64,000 nt of DNA from Adineta vaga (Eukaryota; Animalia; Rotifera), in NCBI GenBank assembly GCA_021613535.1, contig CP075494.1:2232001-2296000 (forward strand), given 5' to 3'. The stretch's first letter is position 1. Each line of letters opens with the position of its first letter. Made by a program: the position numbers and the translations under genes. The notes under the pieces were generated by a model. The model had not been told where the DNA came from and ran no database searches. It saw only the letters and a list, made by a program, of their open reading frames with translations. Of this stretch, positions 25,797 through 37,388 are shown in pieces.

Positions 25797-28700
25797 ATGA
25801 ATGTTTCGGTCGACGATGTACTGAAATTAGCAAGGAATCGGCTGCATACAGCGATGTCGAGGGCAACGTATAAACCGTCTACAGTTGACACTCTTCGTGA
25901 TCTTGGTAAACTTTCTGACCGTTTTAATGAACTATGTCGCTCAGATTTATCAAATAATAATAAAATGCAATTGTTTTGCCGACAATTAAAACGATTGATG
26001 GATAATAATGTATTGGGAAGCTACCATTTTTGGTTTGATATATATCATTATCTCATCTATGTGTTGGATGAATCAAATAGCACAGAAATTTGGAACTATG
26101 AGCGGAATCGATTTTGCAGTAGAATAAAATTCGAAATAGAACTTGAACAACGTCAAGAACAATTTCAACAGTATATGAAAGTACGAAAGAGTTTGCGTCA
26201 GTTAATCAAAGAACACAAGAACTTTGTCAAAAAATATATTAGAAAATGTATTTCTCTTCATTCAACACTGAAAGTGACAGGTTTGGTGGAAAACATCGAT
26301 GATTTTCTTTGCAAAAATTATAGCCTGACACATCTGTCACTTACGTCAAAACATCGACAGAAGCTTGAAGAAAAACTTAAATGCATTGACATATCTCTCA
26401 ACTACTTAGATAGATCCTTGCTGGACAAAAGTTCCGTATTTTCTACTGATACTAAATTGAAGAAACCAATCAATAGTAGTCCCAATAAGTTTTTAACTTC
26501 TGCTCAACCAAATTTAAAGACAGAGACCACAATATTTCGTATTAAAGATGTCTTAGATAATGAACGATGGATTGTTATTTTGTGTGATCCCGGAAATGGA
26601 AAAACTACTCTTCTTCGATCGATCATGCGTATCTATATAGATGCACTCTATCATAAAAATGAAAAAGCATCTTTGGGAGAACGAACCCATGCTATATTTC
26701 GTATTCCTCTGTTAATTCAAATATGTGAATTTGCATCATGGCTGAAATACAATTCAACAAAGAAATTAATCGATTATATCGGTGAAAATACGCAGTTTTC
26801 AAAAAAATTTCGTCGAAATCATGGTGAAAATGTATTTAAAGAGTTAATCGAGCATGGTCATGCTTTGATTCTTCTCGATGGACTCGATAAAATTGTTGAA
26901 GTTAAAGGAAGAGAAAAAATTGTTGAATTAATTCGAGAATTTATTTATGAATATGTCAAAGATCCAAATTTTATCTCGGCATTCGATGAGAAATTATTTG
27001 ACTTCTTTGAACCTCGTTTTCATGTTTATGAAACCCAACCACCAAGTAAAGATGGTGGCAATCAAATAATTATTACAAGTCGTATTATTGGATATGATTT
27101 AAATTCACTTACTGGTACTTTCATTAAACATTATTTGTTATCGCCCATGTCTCAAGACGAAGCAGGTAAATTTGCCGAGAACTGGATGTCAGAAGTTGAA
27201 CAAGTTGTACATAAAGTATTGCTCCGTAAGCGACTTAGGATTAATAACGAAACAATAAAAAATTTATCGCACAAACGAACCGAAGCTGTAAAATCAATGT
27301 TCGAAAAAGATGACAAATCATCATATCTAAATTCTTCGTTGTTAACTTATATTTGTACAATTATTTTTCAATCATCAGATCAATGTCAATCTCGAGTCGA
27401 AACTTTCAAGTATGTTATCGAATCAGCAATTCGCTCCTTGACAAAAAACGAACCAACGATTTCCTACGAACTATTAAATCAATTTCTGATAAATCTTTCG
27501 ACATATCTTCATTTAAAATCATCATCTAATCTCATTGATACATTTGATATAACACGATTAGCACGTTTAACTGTAAAGCAACAGAATATAACTAATCATG
27601 GTGCAAAACTTCGTGAATATACTGATAAATTGTTAGAACTTCTCAACTCGGATCTCGGCCTTGTAGCTGAACGTGATTTGGACGTATTTGCTTTTCGACA
27701 TTCATCATTTCAAGAATATTTTATTGCACAATTTCTCGTCGAACGTCATTTTAATGATCAAAATATAAGAAAAGATTATTCAATTGAGGAAATTGCAAAT
27801 CGTTTTATTCTGAATGCAATCAATCCTCGTTTTCGTCAAGCATTTCTTATAGCATTAAATATGATTAATTCGAACTGGTCGTTCAATGATTTTGATCAAT
27901 TCTGCACTGTGTTTGTTACATCAAATAAGAATTATTCAATTCCTCTTGGCGCACTTTTTCTGTTGGATGCTATTAATTATATACAAAGATTACCTTCATT
28001 ATCAATCATTTTTACTGCACTCAATAGTTTGTTAGATCATCCTTTAAATATGGTCACAGAGCAATGTTTGATACCAAATCTAATGAAATTGCCTGTAGAT
28101 ACTATACAAAAATGGATGTCAAGCTATTTAAAAGATGATAAATCTCTTTCAAAATTTTGTCAATGTTTATTGATGGAATTTCAACATGGTCTCAAAAACG
28201 AATTAATTAATGAAGAACATCCGAAATTAAAGTCATCTGCTATCTTTAAGCAACTGTATGTATTCTATAACGAAAGCATATCAGCTAAGTTTGTTGTCGA
28301 TCAAACTTCACGAAGAATAATGATGTTAAAAAGAGTACCTAACGATATTTTTCCTCACCAAGGGCCTTCCTGCTTTGCGGATCAGAAGATTGATGTATCT
28401 ACTATTCATCCTTTGATACTTTCTATTCTTATTGTGATATGTGGTGGAGTGATTTGGATACCAGACAAAAGATCGATTAAAATCTATTGGTCCTATAAAG
28501 AAATCCATTATCAATCATCAATCATCGAACCAATTATCAAATATCTAATGAATGAAAAACAATCTCATTTAATTAAAGTTCAAACACTTATCGAACAGTA
28601 TGGGAGAGTTATTAAGGAGAAAGCTTCACCATCTAATACTTCAGATGATATAGTCGATACTTTAGTTGCACTAATCTGTTTACACGAAGTTTCGAATCTT

Positions 28701-31700
28701 TTCATTATTGAAAAGTATCACAAATATCAGGCATTACCAATAGCATTTGAAAAAATAAAACAAGCATACTTTTTTATTACAAAAATGTTTTATGAAGAAT
28801 ATTATAACAGCCGTGACAGGGTAGAAATCTTATTTAAAGACCAAGTCGAATTAATCATAAAAAGTTTCAAATTACATTTTCATCAAGACAATTCAGAATA
28901 TTTAGCAAACTCAACAATCGATAATGTTGCATTTGAAAAATTGTTCATTCAATGGTCAGTTGAGTCATTTTCCTCGTGGGACATTTATAGAGACGGTGAT
29001 GATAATTTAGAATCTCAACAAGAAGTCTATCAATTATATGAAGAGAATTCGCAAGCAGTACAAGAAGATCTTCAGGGCGATTTTTCCTCTTTTTTGTTAA
29101 CCTTTGTTCCGCTGTCTTTGCAAAAATTATATTATTGTCTATTTATTAATCCAAGTGATAAGACTGATTCATTGCCATTTGTCGTATTCTTAGCACAATG
29201 TTTAACATATCTGGAAAATGTGAGTGAAACTCAACCAAACTTTACTTCTGTTTTGATAAAACTAATATCACAATGCAAAGAACACATGTTGGAGAATTAT
29301 ATTTCAGCTCTTCTTGTTAAAACTAACTTAACGAAAGAATTGATCAAAGCAACTGACGAACTTATATTATCCGAATCAAAGTGTACTAATCAGTATGACA
29401 ATTGGAACGAACTAATTGATATGGAATGTCAACGTATTTCAGAAGCAAAGGACATTAAACAAAATGAAGAGAAAGATCGTCGATTATTTGCTGCATTAAT
29501 TTGTCTCGCACAACTTATTCAAGTTCGATATTATTCTGTTTCGAATGATTCTAAAACAAATCACACGTTTTCTTCTTCTTCTTCTTCTTCTCTAAGCGAA
29601 AAAATATCCAATGCAATCATAGATATAGATAATTCAATCTTACGAATTATTGCTTTGGATATGATATTAGAGATGAAAAATCCAGTTATCTTTGACGTAA
29701 ACCAAAGAAATCATTTAGATTTGGAAATGGCTCATCTTCTGGAACAGTTTCCACGATTTCCATTATTAACATTAACTTTTATGCTTGTTCGATTTCATAC
29801 GCAAGAAAAAGATGTTTCAACGATCTTCTCCATGATAAAAATCATTTGTCAGAGATTCGGAGAAAATCATATCAATAGAGAAGCAGTGTTAAGTGCATTT
29901 AAACAACTTGGACATTCATATTATTTATTAAAATCTTTTCTTCCTACTGAATGGAATGCATCTTTACTCTTTCGCTATTTCACTGATGCAACATCATTTC
30001 AATCATTGAATACTACGTTCCTATCATTGATATACATTACAGAATTGGCATTTGATACTCATGTTTTACAAATATATACAAATGGTCATTATAAGAATAA
30101 AATTTTCAATTTAGGAAGAATAATATCTCGAGAAAATGACTCGTCAAATGGTGGTAAGATAATGACATATGAAGCAGCAATATGGATCACAAACTATTTG
30201 CAGAAACCAATGGGCAGAGAAGTTCTTCGTAATGTTATTACAATCATGTTCGAATGTTTGATGGTTGAAAAGAAAGCTCTACCAGTAATTCAGCAATGGC
30301 TCACATATCGAAATGACAATAATTTTAGAAAATTCGCACAGTATGCTGCCTTACAACTATTTATTGAACATTCAAATCTTCCTCATTTAATCGACATCAT
30401 CAACGAGATGTTTCCTGATGGCGATAAATTTAATCTGAATTCTCTTATAGAACATATCTTTAATTCAAGAGTTGATGATTTTACTATTCTTCACCAAATC
30501 TTGATTGTATGGCTAAAAAATCCTTGTTATTCATCTGATATTTCAATTTGGATTAGTCGTCAAAATGTTTTCGATTCGATTTTGAATTTCGAACTTCAAC
30601 GTATTACACAAAATGTAAATAAATCTTCTCAACTTCCATTGAAGTCATTTTTATCCATCATAAAAGGTTGTTCATATGATTTACAAGTCAAACTTAAAAA
30701 ACATCTTCAAATATTCGTTGAACAAAAAAGTGATAAGGACTACATTTTGAAAGAACAATATGTCGGTAATATTCTCAAATGGATTATCGAGAGTAAGATC
30801 TGGAATAAAAAATACTCCAAAGACTTATACGAATATCTATTCTCATTTTTCCATCATCAATCACCTCATTCAGTGCAGAAAGCAATTCTTAATGGTCTCT
30901 ATTCAGTAGTACTCGACAGCGACTGGAGAAACAAAGGGCACATATTGTTGACAGAGAATACAATTGTTCGTTTAGGAACAATCATTTCTTCCTATAACAA
31001 ATATTCAGAAGATGTTTTAGCTGTTTGTTTACTAGTCTACGGTATTTATCTTCGTAAGTTAAAACCATTTGATATAACTTATTCAATTCCCGATGAGATC
31101 ACACGGGCACTCACTACACTTTTCACTTTATCTTCATCGACAAAAGTCATATCTAGTCGAGCTGGTTTATGTTTAATTATTGATGAACAATCCTCCAAGG
31201 ATTCCATCGAAATACCACAGCTGTTTAAAGAAAAGTGGAACTTAAAAGATGAAAATGAATACGATATGTTACTACAAGAAACATTGTTTGAGACGAATGA
31301 TAGAATTGCCGGTGAAGGAAGCCGAATTGCTTATTACATATCAAGTCATTCTGCGACGTGTCTTGACAAATTTGTTCATGAACTAAAGGATGATCTTGAC
31401 CATAGATATAACAATTACGTTTCTTCTGATCCTTCACCAAATTATGTTCGAATTGCGAGTGAGTTCAGTGAAGAAGATTTCCAGAAATTCCAAAATGCAC
31501 TTCAGACGGACTCTGATAATGAAACAACACTAAAAAAAAAATTGTATGACTATGCTTATAACGCGAAAACAACAACTGATTATAAAATAGCAGTAGAACT
31601 ATATGGAAAATTTGGCATTCTAACAGAAACCTTGTGGCAAATGTTAGAATTGGCTGAGATCCGTTACGCAAGTTATATACCTATATTTCTCTGGGATATA

Positions 31701-32144
31701 AAGGACGTATTAGATCGAGAAGTGATTGAAATGTTATTTGAGAAATTAAAATTATGTGCGGAGAATGAAAAGTTCAAATTCGGTTCATTTATATTACGAT
31801 TACTTATTCAACTGGCTAATACTGATGTTGTGTCAAAATTTGAAGTTCATCAAAAAATTTCGGATATCATTAATAAGTTCTCTCATAATCATAGAAATTC
31901 TGATCGGCTTAGTGAAGGATTTATTTTCGATCAATTATTGGGGTTTGACAGTGTTATAAAAACGCATGAACGTTTTAGTATTTATGGCGAGAAAGTAGAA
32001 TTGTTTAGTGTAAGAGATATTGACTTTGAATTTGAGAAGAAAATTGATCAGCTAAAATATTTCTTTCCAAACAAAAAAAGAGGCTTCCATTCGATGCACG
32101 AGAAGCACCTTTCTAATTTTCATATTTTTGGTGAATCTTTTTAA
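25797..32144 (+). CDS. large single-exon NACHT NTPase (NLR-like) with long alpha-helical C-terminus
   Basis: Walker A VILCDPGNGKTT, Walker B LILLDGLDKI, IIITSR sensor, FRHSSFQEYFIA winged-helix motif; first ATG at 25797. Confidence 0.88.
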   Translation: MNVSVDDVLKLARNRLHTAMSRATYKPSTVDTLRDLGKLSDRFNELCRSDLSNNNKMQLFCRQLKRLMDNNVLGSYHFWFDIYHYLIYVLDESNSTEIWNYERNRFCSRIKFEIELEQRQEQFQQYMKVRKSLRQLIKEHKNFVKKYIRKCISLHSTLKVTGLVENIDDFLCKNYSLTHLSLTSKHRQKLEEKLKCIDISLNYLDRSLLDKSSVFSTDTKLKKPINSSPNKFLTSAQPNLKTETTIFRIKDVLDNERWIVILCDPGNGKTTLLRSIMRIYIDALYHKNEKASLGERTHAIFRIPLLIQICEFASWLKYNSTKKLIDYIGENTQFSKKFRRNHGENVFKELIEHGHALILLDGLDKIVEVKGREKIVELIREFIYEYVKDPNFISAFDEKLFDFFEPRFHVYETQPPSKDGGNQIIITSRIIGYDLNSLTGTFIKHYLLSPMSQDEAGKFAENWMSEVEQVVHKVLLRKRLRINNETIKNLSHKRTEAVKSMFEKDDKSSYLNSSLLTYICTIIFQSSDQCQSRVETFKYVIESAIRSLTKNEPTISYELLNQFLINLSTYLHLKSSSNLIDTFDITRLARLTVKQQNITNHGAKLREYTDKLLELLNSDLGLVAERDLDVFAFRHSSFQEYFIAQFLVERHFNDQNIRKDYSIEEIANRFILNAINPRFRQAFLIALNMINSNWSFNDFDQFCTVFVTSNKNYSIPLGALFLLDAINYIQRLPSLSIIFTALNSLLDHPLNMVTEQCLIPNLMKLPVDTIQKWMSSYLKDDKSLSKFCQCLLMEFQHGLKNELINEEHPKLKSSAIFKQLYVFYNESISAKFVVDQTSRRIMMLKRVPNDIFPHQGPSCFADQKIDVSTIHPLILSILIVICGGVIWIPDKRSIKIYWSYKEIHYQSSIIEPIIKYLMNEKQSHLIKVQTLIEQYGRVIKEKASPSNTSDDIVDTLVALICLHEVSNLFIIEKYHKYQALPIAFEKIKQAYFFITKMFYEEYYNSRDRVEILFKDQVELIIKSFKLHFHQDNSEYLANSTIDNVAFEKLFIQWSVESFSSWDIYRDGDDNLESQQEVYQLYEENSQAVQEDLQGDFSSFLLTFVPLSLQKLYYCLFINPSDKTDSLPFVVFLAQCLTYLENVSETQPNFTSVLIKLISQCKEHMLENYISALLVKTNLTKELIKATDELILSESKCTNQYDNWNELIDMECQRISEAKDIKQNEEKDRRLFAALICLAQLIQVRYYSVSNDSKTNHTFSSSSSSSLSEKISNAIIDIDNSILRIIALDMILEMKNPVIFDVNQRNHLDLEMAHLLEQFPRFPLLTLTFMLVRFHTQEKDVSTIFSMIKIICQRFGENHINREAVLSAFKQLGHSYYLLKSFLPTEWNASLLFRYFTDATSFQSLNTTFLSLIYITELAFDTHVLQIYTNGHYKNKIFNLGRIISRENDSSNGGKIMTYEAAIWITNYLQKPMGREVLRNVITIMFECLMVEKKALPVIQQWLTYRNDNNFRKFAQYAALQLFIEHSNLPHLIDIINEMFPDGDKFNLNSLIEHIFNSRVDDFTILHQILIVWLKNPCYSSDISIWISRQNVFDSILNFELQRITQNVNKSSQLPLKSFLSIIKGCSYDLQVKLKKHLQIFVEQKSDKDYILKEQYVGNILKWIIESKIWNKKYSKDLYEYLFSFFHHQSPHSVQKAILNGLYSVVLDSDWRNKGHILLTENTIVRLGTIISSYNKYSEDVLAVCLLVYGIYLRKLKPFDITYSIPDEITRALTTLFTLSSSTKVISSRAGLCLIIDEQSSKDSIEIPQLFKEKWNLKDENEYDMLLQETLFETNDRIAGEGSRIAYYISSHSATCLDKFVHELKDDLDHRYNNYVSSDPSPNYVRIASEFSEEDFQKFQNALQTDSDNETTLKKKLYDYAYNAKTTTDYKIAVELYGKFGILTETLWQMLELAEIRYASYIPIFLWDIKDVLDREVIEMLFEKLKLCAENEKFKFGSFILRLLIQLANTDVVSKFEVHQKISDIINKFSHNHRNSDRLSEGFIFDQLLGFDSVIKTHERFSIYGEKVELFSVRDIDFEFEKKIDQLKYFFPNKKRGFHSMHEKHLSNFHIFGESF

Positions 32145-32329
32145 GTTCGATGTAGCCCTTATTTTTTTTAGTGTTATCAATATAATTTGTTCGAATAAAT
32201 GACTATCCTAGTTTCATATTAGTTTTTATTAATTGTGATAAAGAAAGTTTTTCTAAGTTTCTATGAAACTCGGGCATCCATATATCTTTCTCTTCAATAT
32301 AAAGTAACACCCCGATAAGAAAAATTTAA

Positions 32330-34789
32330 ATATCTGAAGGGTGTGATTTCTTCACGGAATTCAAGGAATTGATTGGAACTGATTACGTAATGTTTAACAT
32401 CGCTGAATAGGAAATATTCTCGATTGTTGGAGTAAAATTCTCACTTCACATATCTATAATTCAACTTCATTTCTATTAAAAGTCAATAAGTGAAAATTCG
32501 TCTATAAAAATTCTTTATTGTTAAATTTCATTCAAAGTTTCGAATCTAATTGTTTGTTGTTGCGAAATTCTTCCTCGAGAATTAGTCGAAATATATAGAG
32601 TATTGAAATATAATCAAACTTTATTTTATTAGCGATTTTTAATATGCAGCACAGAATGTGAAGTAATTATTAAAGAAAATCTTTGTAATGTTCGTTTTGA
32701 TATTTATGATGTTAATCATACATCCACGATAGATTATATCGAAAAGGTGGGAAATAATTTTCATTATTTGCCATTTAATGTACGCATCAATCTGTACAAC
32801 TCATCCGAGATTTTGTCAATCAATTCACTTATCAGGAATATGATTGTATGAAACCGTCTCAATCGATAAGCTTATTTATCTGTTTGTGAATCATTCAGTA
32901 AGAAAAACTTTCGATTTTTTTCGTTTTATTTATATAGATCTAAATGATAATCATTAGTCAAATCAAATTCATAACACAAAATTCGCAATATTTACACAGG
33001 ATAATCAATAGTATTGACAGATTCACTTGAATAAAATGTGAATATACGAACAGAATCTTGAGGGTGGGGTGGATGTGGGTGTGGGTGTGTGTATATCTTC
33101 TTCACCCACACTCTTTATATAAATTCTAAACTTACTGATGCATTGAAAATATTCTCATTAGGATCAATAGAATATTTTCCTGGATTAAATTGAATATTTT
33201 GATGATATAATCGTGTAATCATTGATATTCCTTATGGAATTAAATTTATTATAATTTCAGATGAAATAATTTCAATCTAAACAATTGATGATGATGATAT
33301 ATTAATCATATTGTTACAGTCAAATTTAATTCATATAAACCAATAGGAAGTGTTGGTTTTGGAATATATAATTCACTGAATGTTGTACCAATTATTCAAT
33401 CTAATTTCATTTGATATGAACATGTTAAATTACATGTTTTAATTGTCCATTGAGTTTTCATTAACAATGAATCATTACAATTTAATTCAATAATTGATAC
33501 AATAGAAATATCGTTATGACGATGAAATTGAATTGGAGATGATAATAGTGATGAATTAGGTAAAAGTTTCACTATTGGTGATGAACAAGTTGAAATAATC
33601 GATATTTTTGAAGTTGTCATTTGTCCTAGAAAACGTTTATTTTCAATCATAGAAAGTTCTTCTCAAATTAACAAACTTGTTGAAGTGAATTCTGTAGTTA
33701 TCTCAGGTAAAGATGTTGTTGTATCTATAGGAAAATAATTTTATGAATGAATATAACTAAAATATTACACTTACCAGAAACATCTGATAATAACATAAAT
33801 TTTTGAATTCGATAATTGTTCGTATCGACAATAAACATATTGCCATAACTATCAAAACTAAAACTTTGTGGATTATATAATTTATCCGATGTAGAACCAA
33901 TCAAAGTAGAACATCCAACTAAACATCGAAAACCATTTGGTCCATCAGCAACTACAAGATTAGCTCCACTATCAACAATAAATATATAATTATTACCATC
34001 AAGAACAATATCAGATGGTGTATTAAGTATAATTGTTATATTTTCAGAACCATTTCCTGCAATAATTATTCCATTCAATTGTTCTTGTTGAAAGAATTGA
34101 ATTCGATTATTGCTTGGATCTGCTACATATAAATCAAAATTTGTATTAACAAAAATTTCATAAGGATTATTAAGCATATTAGAAGTATTTCCTGACACAC
34201 CAATACCAGCAACAATTCTCAATACATTTGATAGAGTATTTAATGATTTGCTTACAACTTGATGATTATTATACATTGAACAATAAAGATTAATATTATT
34301 ATCGATAAACATACCGGTACATTCTTTATATGTATGCATTACAGGTGTACCATTCGCTGAGTTTAATATCCATTTATCAATTCGACCACGTGGACTGTCA
34401 CTATCAATATAAATCTCGCCAGTTTCTGTAACAAAGACACTGTACGGACTTTTCATATTACTGGAAATATTCTTTGTCGGTATAGAACTTCCATTGGTCC
34501 ACACCAAAACATTGTTATATCCAATGCTTGTTACATAGATTTCGTTGGCTGTATTGATAAAAATATCATACGGATGTGATCCAACTATGTTGCTACCGAC
34601 GAAAGTCGTAGCATTCGGATTCCATAATGCATTTTGACAAAATCTTGGTCGATTATAAGAAAGTGCTAATAAATGTAATATAATCGATTTATATTCTTAT
34701 TAGTATTATCGAAATCTTATTCACGGACTTGATATTTGTCGAATAATCATCATTATGCTCAATAGTTTCAAACTATTCACACATATCAT
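32330..34789 (-). pseudogene. secreted NHL beta-propeller + REJ-like (polycystin-type) gene, 3' part degraded
   Basis: Signal exon from ATG 34789, SYNRPRFCQNALWNPNATTF, NHL repeats (YVADPSNNRIQ, FDSYGNMFIVDTNNYRIQKF), then CSSPIVKL..IELNCNDSL..TQWTI..FSELYIPKPTLPIGLYE REJ-like segment with stops and frameshifts; 3' limit approximate. Confidence 0.65.
33059..33113. repeat. telomere-like inverted hairpin element
   Basis: tgagggtggggtggatgtgggtgtgggtgtgtg-tatatcttcttca-cccacactc. Confidence 0.7.
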
Positions 34790-35226
34790 TGTGAAAATTG
34801 AAACAAAAATTGTTTTGACAGTCTAAACAATGTTATTCTCTTTTTATTTCTTAGTGTCGACGATTATTTGTCCTTTTTTTCATTCTGACTATAATGTTCG
34901 ACTCTATCAATAATCAAATATCCTCAATATATTTTTGTATAAAGATCAAGTTCCAGAATAAAAAGCATCGTGATCTAAAATGTATTCTTTCAAATATTCG
35001 TATAAACGTTTTTCTATGATCTGAAGTTTGTCAATAGAAGATCAATATAAATAATAAAATGATTGATGTTTTAAATTTAGTAGAATAGGAGTGAGATATT
35101 TTCAATGATGAATTAAAGTACTGCTTATTTACATTATAAATAAAGGACCATTAAAAATGTCAAAGTGTTCTAAATGTGTTCATTTGTTTGTTGACCATGT
35201 CTATATATGAAAATTTGTGAATATTT

Positions 35227-36130
35227 TTAAAAGTTTCGCATGTCTGTCTGATCCCAAATTTTAAAATTCTTCATTTGACATAGTTTTTGTAAACGCTCAT
35301 TATTTTTCTTATTCATATAATTACGTATGTGTCGTTCGCTTTTTCTAACAAGAATATAAATAACAAGCCACAGAAATCCTCCAATAGCTAATTTTTCCCA
35401 CCAATTCGTAGGGAAAGAGATTGGAAGTAAGAAAATCAATAAAGTAGTAAGTAAGAATGAAATTAAATATTGAAAGAATTCTTGTCGTATTTCTCTTTGA
35501 ATAATATCCTGCTTTGTTAGACATGTTGATCCATGACCATAGAATTTACCATCATCAGTTTTATATGTTGTTACATGTCGAAATACAATTGCAATTCGAT
35601 CATCAACATCATGTTTTCGTTTCTTTTTTATTCCATGTACATAATGTTTATTGGTATGTTCATCCAATAAGAAAAGTGAATTGCTTGGGAGATTTAATTA
35701 AATCTAATTGTTGTGTAGTGCCAAAACTGACAACAGCAATTTTTGAACCTGGTGCTAAATCTAACATTGTATCACTATGCATTCCCATACTATCATCTCC
35801 ATCTCTATAATAGATAATATGAGCTAAATTCCAAGTTTCACCTGTTTTTTGTTCCATTAAATCTTTGACTCTTTGAATAGTTGGTGTCCATGGAGTATAG
35901 ATGATTTTATTTTGAGGAACTGATGACATTGTACATCGATACCAAGGAAAATCACCCGATGGATTCATCGATGCTTGAAATGTCATTAATCGTGGTAGAC
36001 GAACAAATGAATAATTATCTTTCAATGCATAATATTGACCATAGGAAATTTCATTACCATCTGGTCGTAATGCATTTAGTGTGGCATTTGCGTCATCAAT
36101 CGACAAGAGATTTTCAATTAATTCAGGCAT
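35227..36130 (-). pseudogene. AlkB-family oxygenase with C-terminal TM helices, copy 2 (frameshifted)
   Basis: PRLMTFQ, YYRDGDDSMGMHSD, HYVHGI, RIAIVFR; same frameshift as copy 1 at 35690-35705. Confidence 0.85.
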
Positions 36131-37388
36131 TTCACTCACTATACTTAATAGATTAAGGTTGTTTTTCTTTCTGTGATGGGTTTAACCATGAAAGAAAGAA
36201 AACGTCACATTTCATCATTTCTTCTTGCAGTATTTGAAATTACATTATAGTTGTGAAATACAAGGAAGAAAAAGAACAAATTTGTAATAGGCTTCTGAAT
36301 TAATATGAACAGAGTATTGATCAACAAATGAGTATACATGAAATAAAGAAGTATAACCAAGAAACATTTCATTAACTTACACAGTAGGATAAGATTGTTG
36401 ACATGGTGCATGGGGAGTTTTCCGTTAAAAGATTTTGTCAAATAAAGTGTGATTGATGTCCATATACGTATGATCTAAATCAATCGTTGATTCACTTGTT
36501 TTACTTATTGATATGAAAATTTTATGAAAAAATGATCAGATGATCAATAGAATTATCTAAAAATGATCGGAGAGAAATTTATCGATACGAATACATTCTT
36601 TACTAGTATTCAACATTGTTTACAAATGTTGACTCGTGCAAATATAAATCTAGAATTAAGAACGTGGATACAAACCACAGAAATGCATATTGTCATCCAT
36701 GCACATTCTTAATCTAATCGACGAATATAATGTGAAGTTTTAAGACTATAGTGTTTATTTCTTGATAAAGAGGAGGTTTAATAATATATCAGACTTTTAT
36801 TTGAAAGGATACAAGATTGTTGATCATAATGGTTTCTTCTAAAAAAATTCATGATTGATTTATTGTCATCATTTTTCTTTCGTTATGCCCTTTCGTATCC
36901 CATTGATTTTTTTTTCATTATTACACACGAGTTTTTTTTCCAATGTTTATTTGCTTTCAGTCGAGAACAAGAATGTGACAATAATTTCGTTACTACAAAA
37001 CGAATCCAAATTGGCAGGTATAACTGATCAATTCGTAGATTATACTGCAGTTTCCATAGTAAAAGATACATTTGTGAAGTAAATGAATACTTTTCCCCTA
37101 AAAATGTCTAATTTTTATGTCGCTTTCAAATTCGCAAACTATATATACTAAAACAATCTGATTTATTCATTCTGTTGAGAAATGAAGCACTTATGCCTTT
37201 CTTTTTTGCCGATGTTATCATCAACATCTTCGAACAGAAATGTTTTTTCTTGTAGAAAGAGAAGAAGTAAATCTTATCTCTAAGATGGAAAGCGGCACGT
37301 TTTTTGTTGTTGTCGTTTTACTTTTAGCTTTTTTAAAACATTTTAGATTTACAACTACCTACGTCACAAACAATAAAATTCTAACTAA

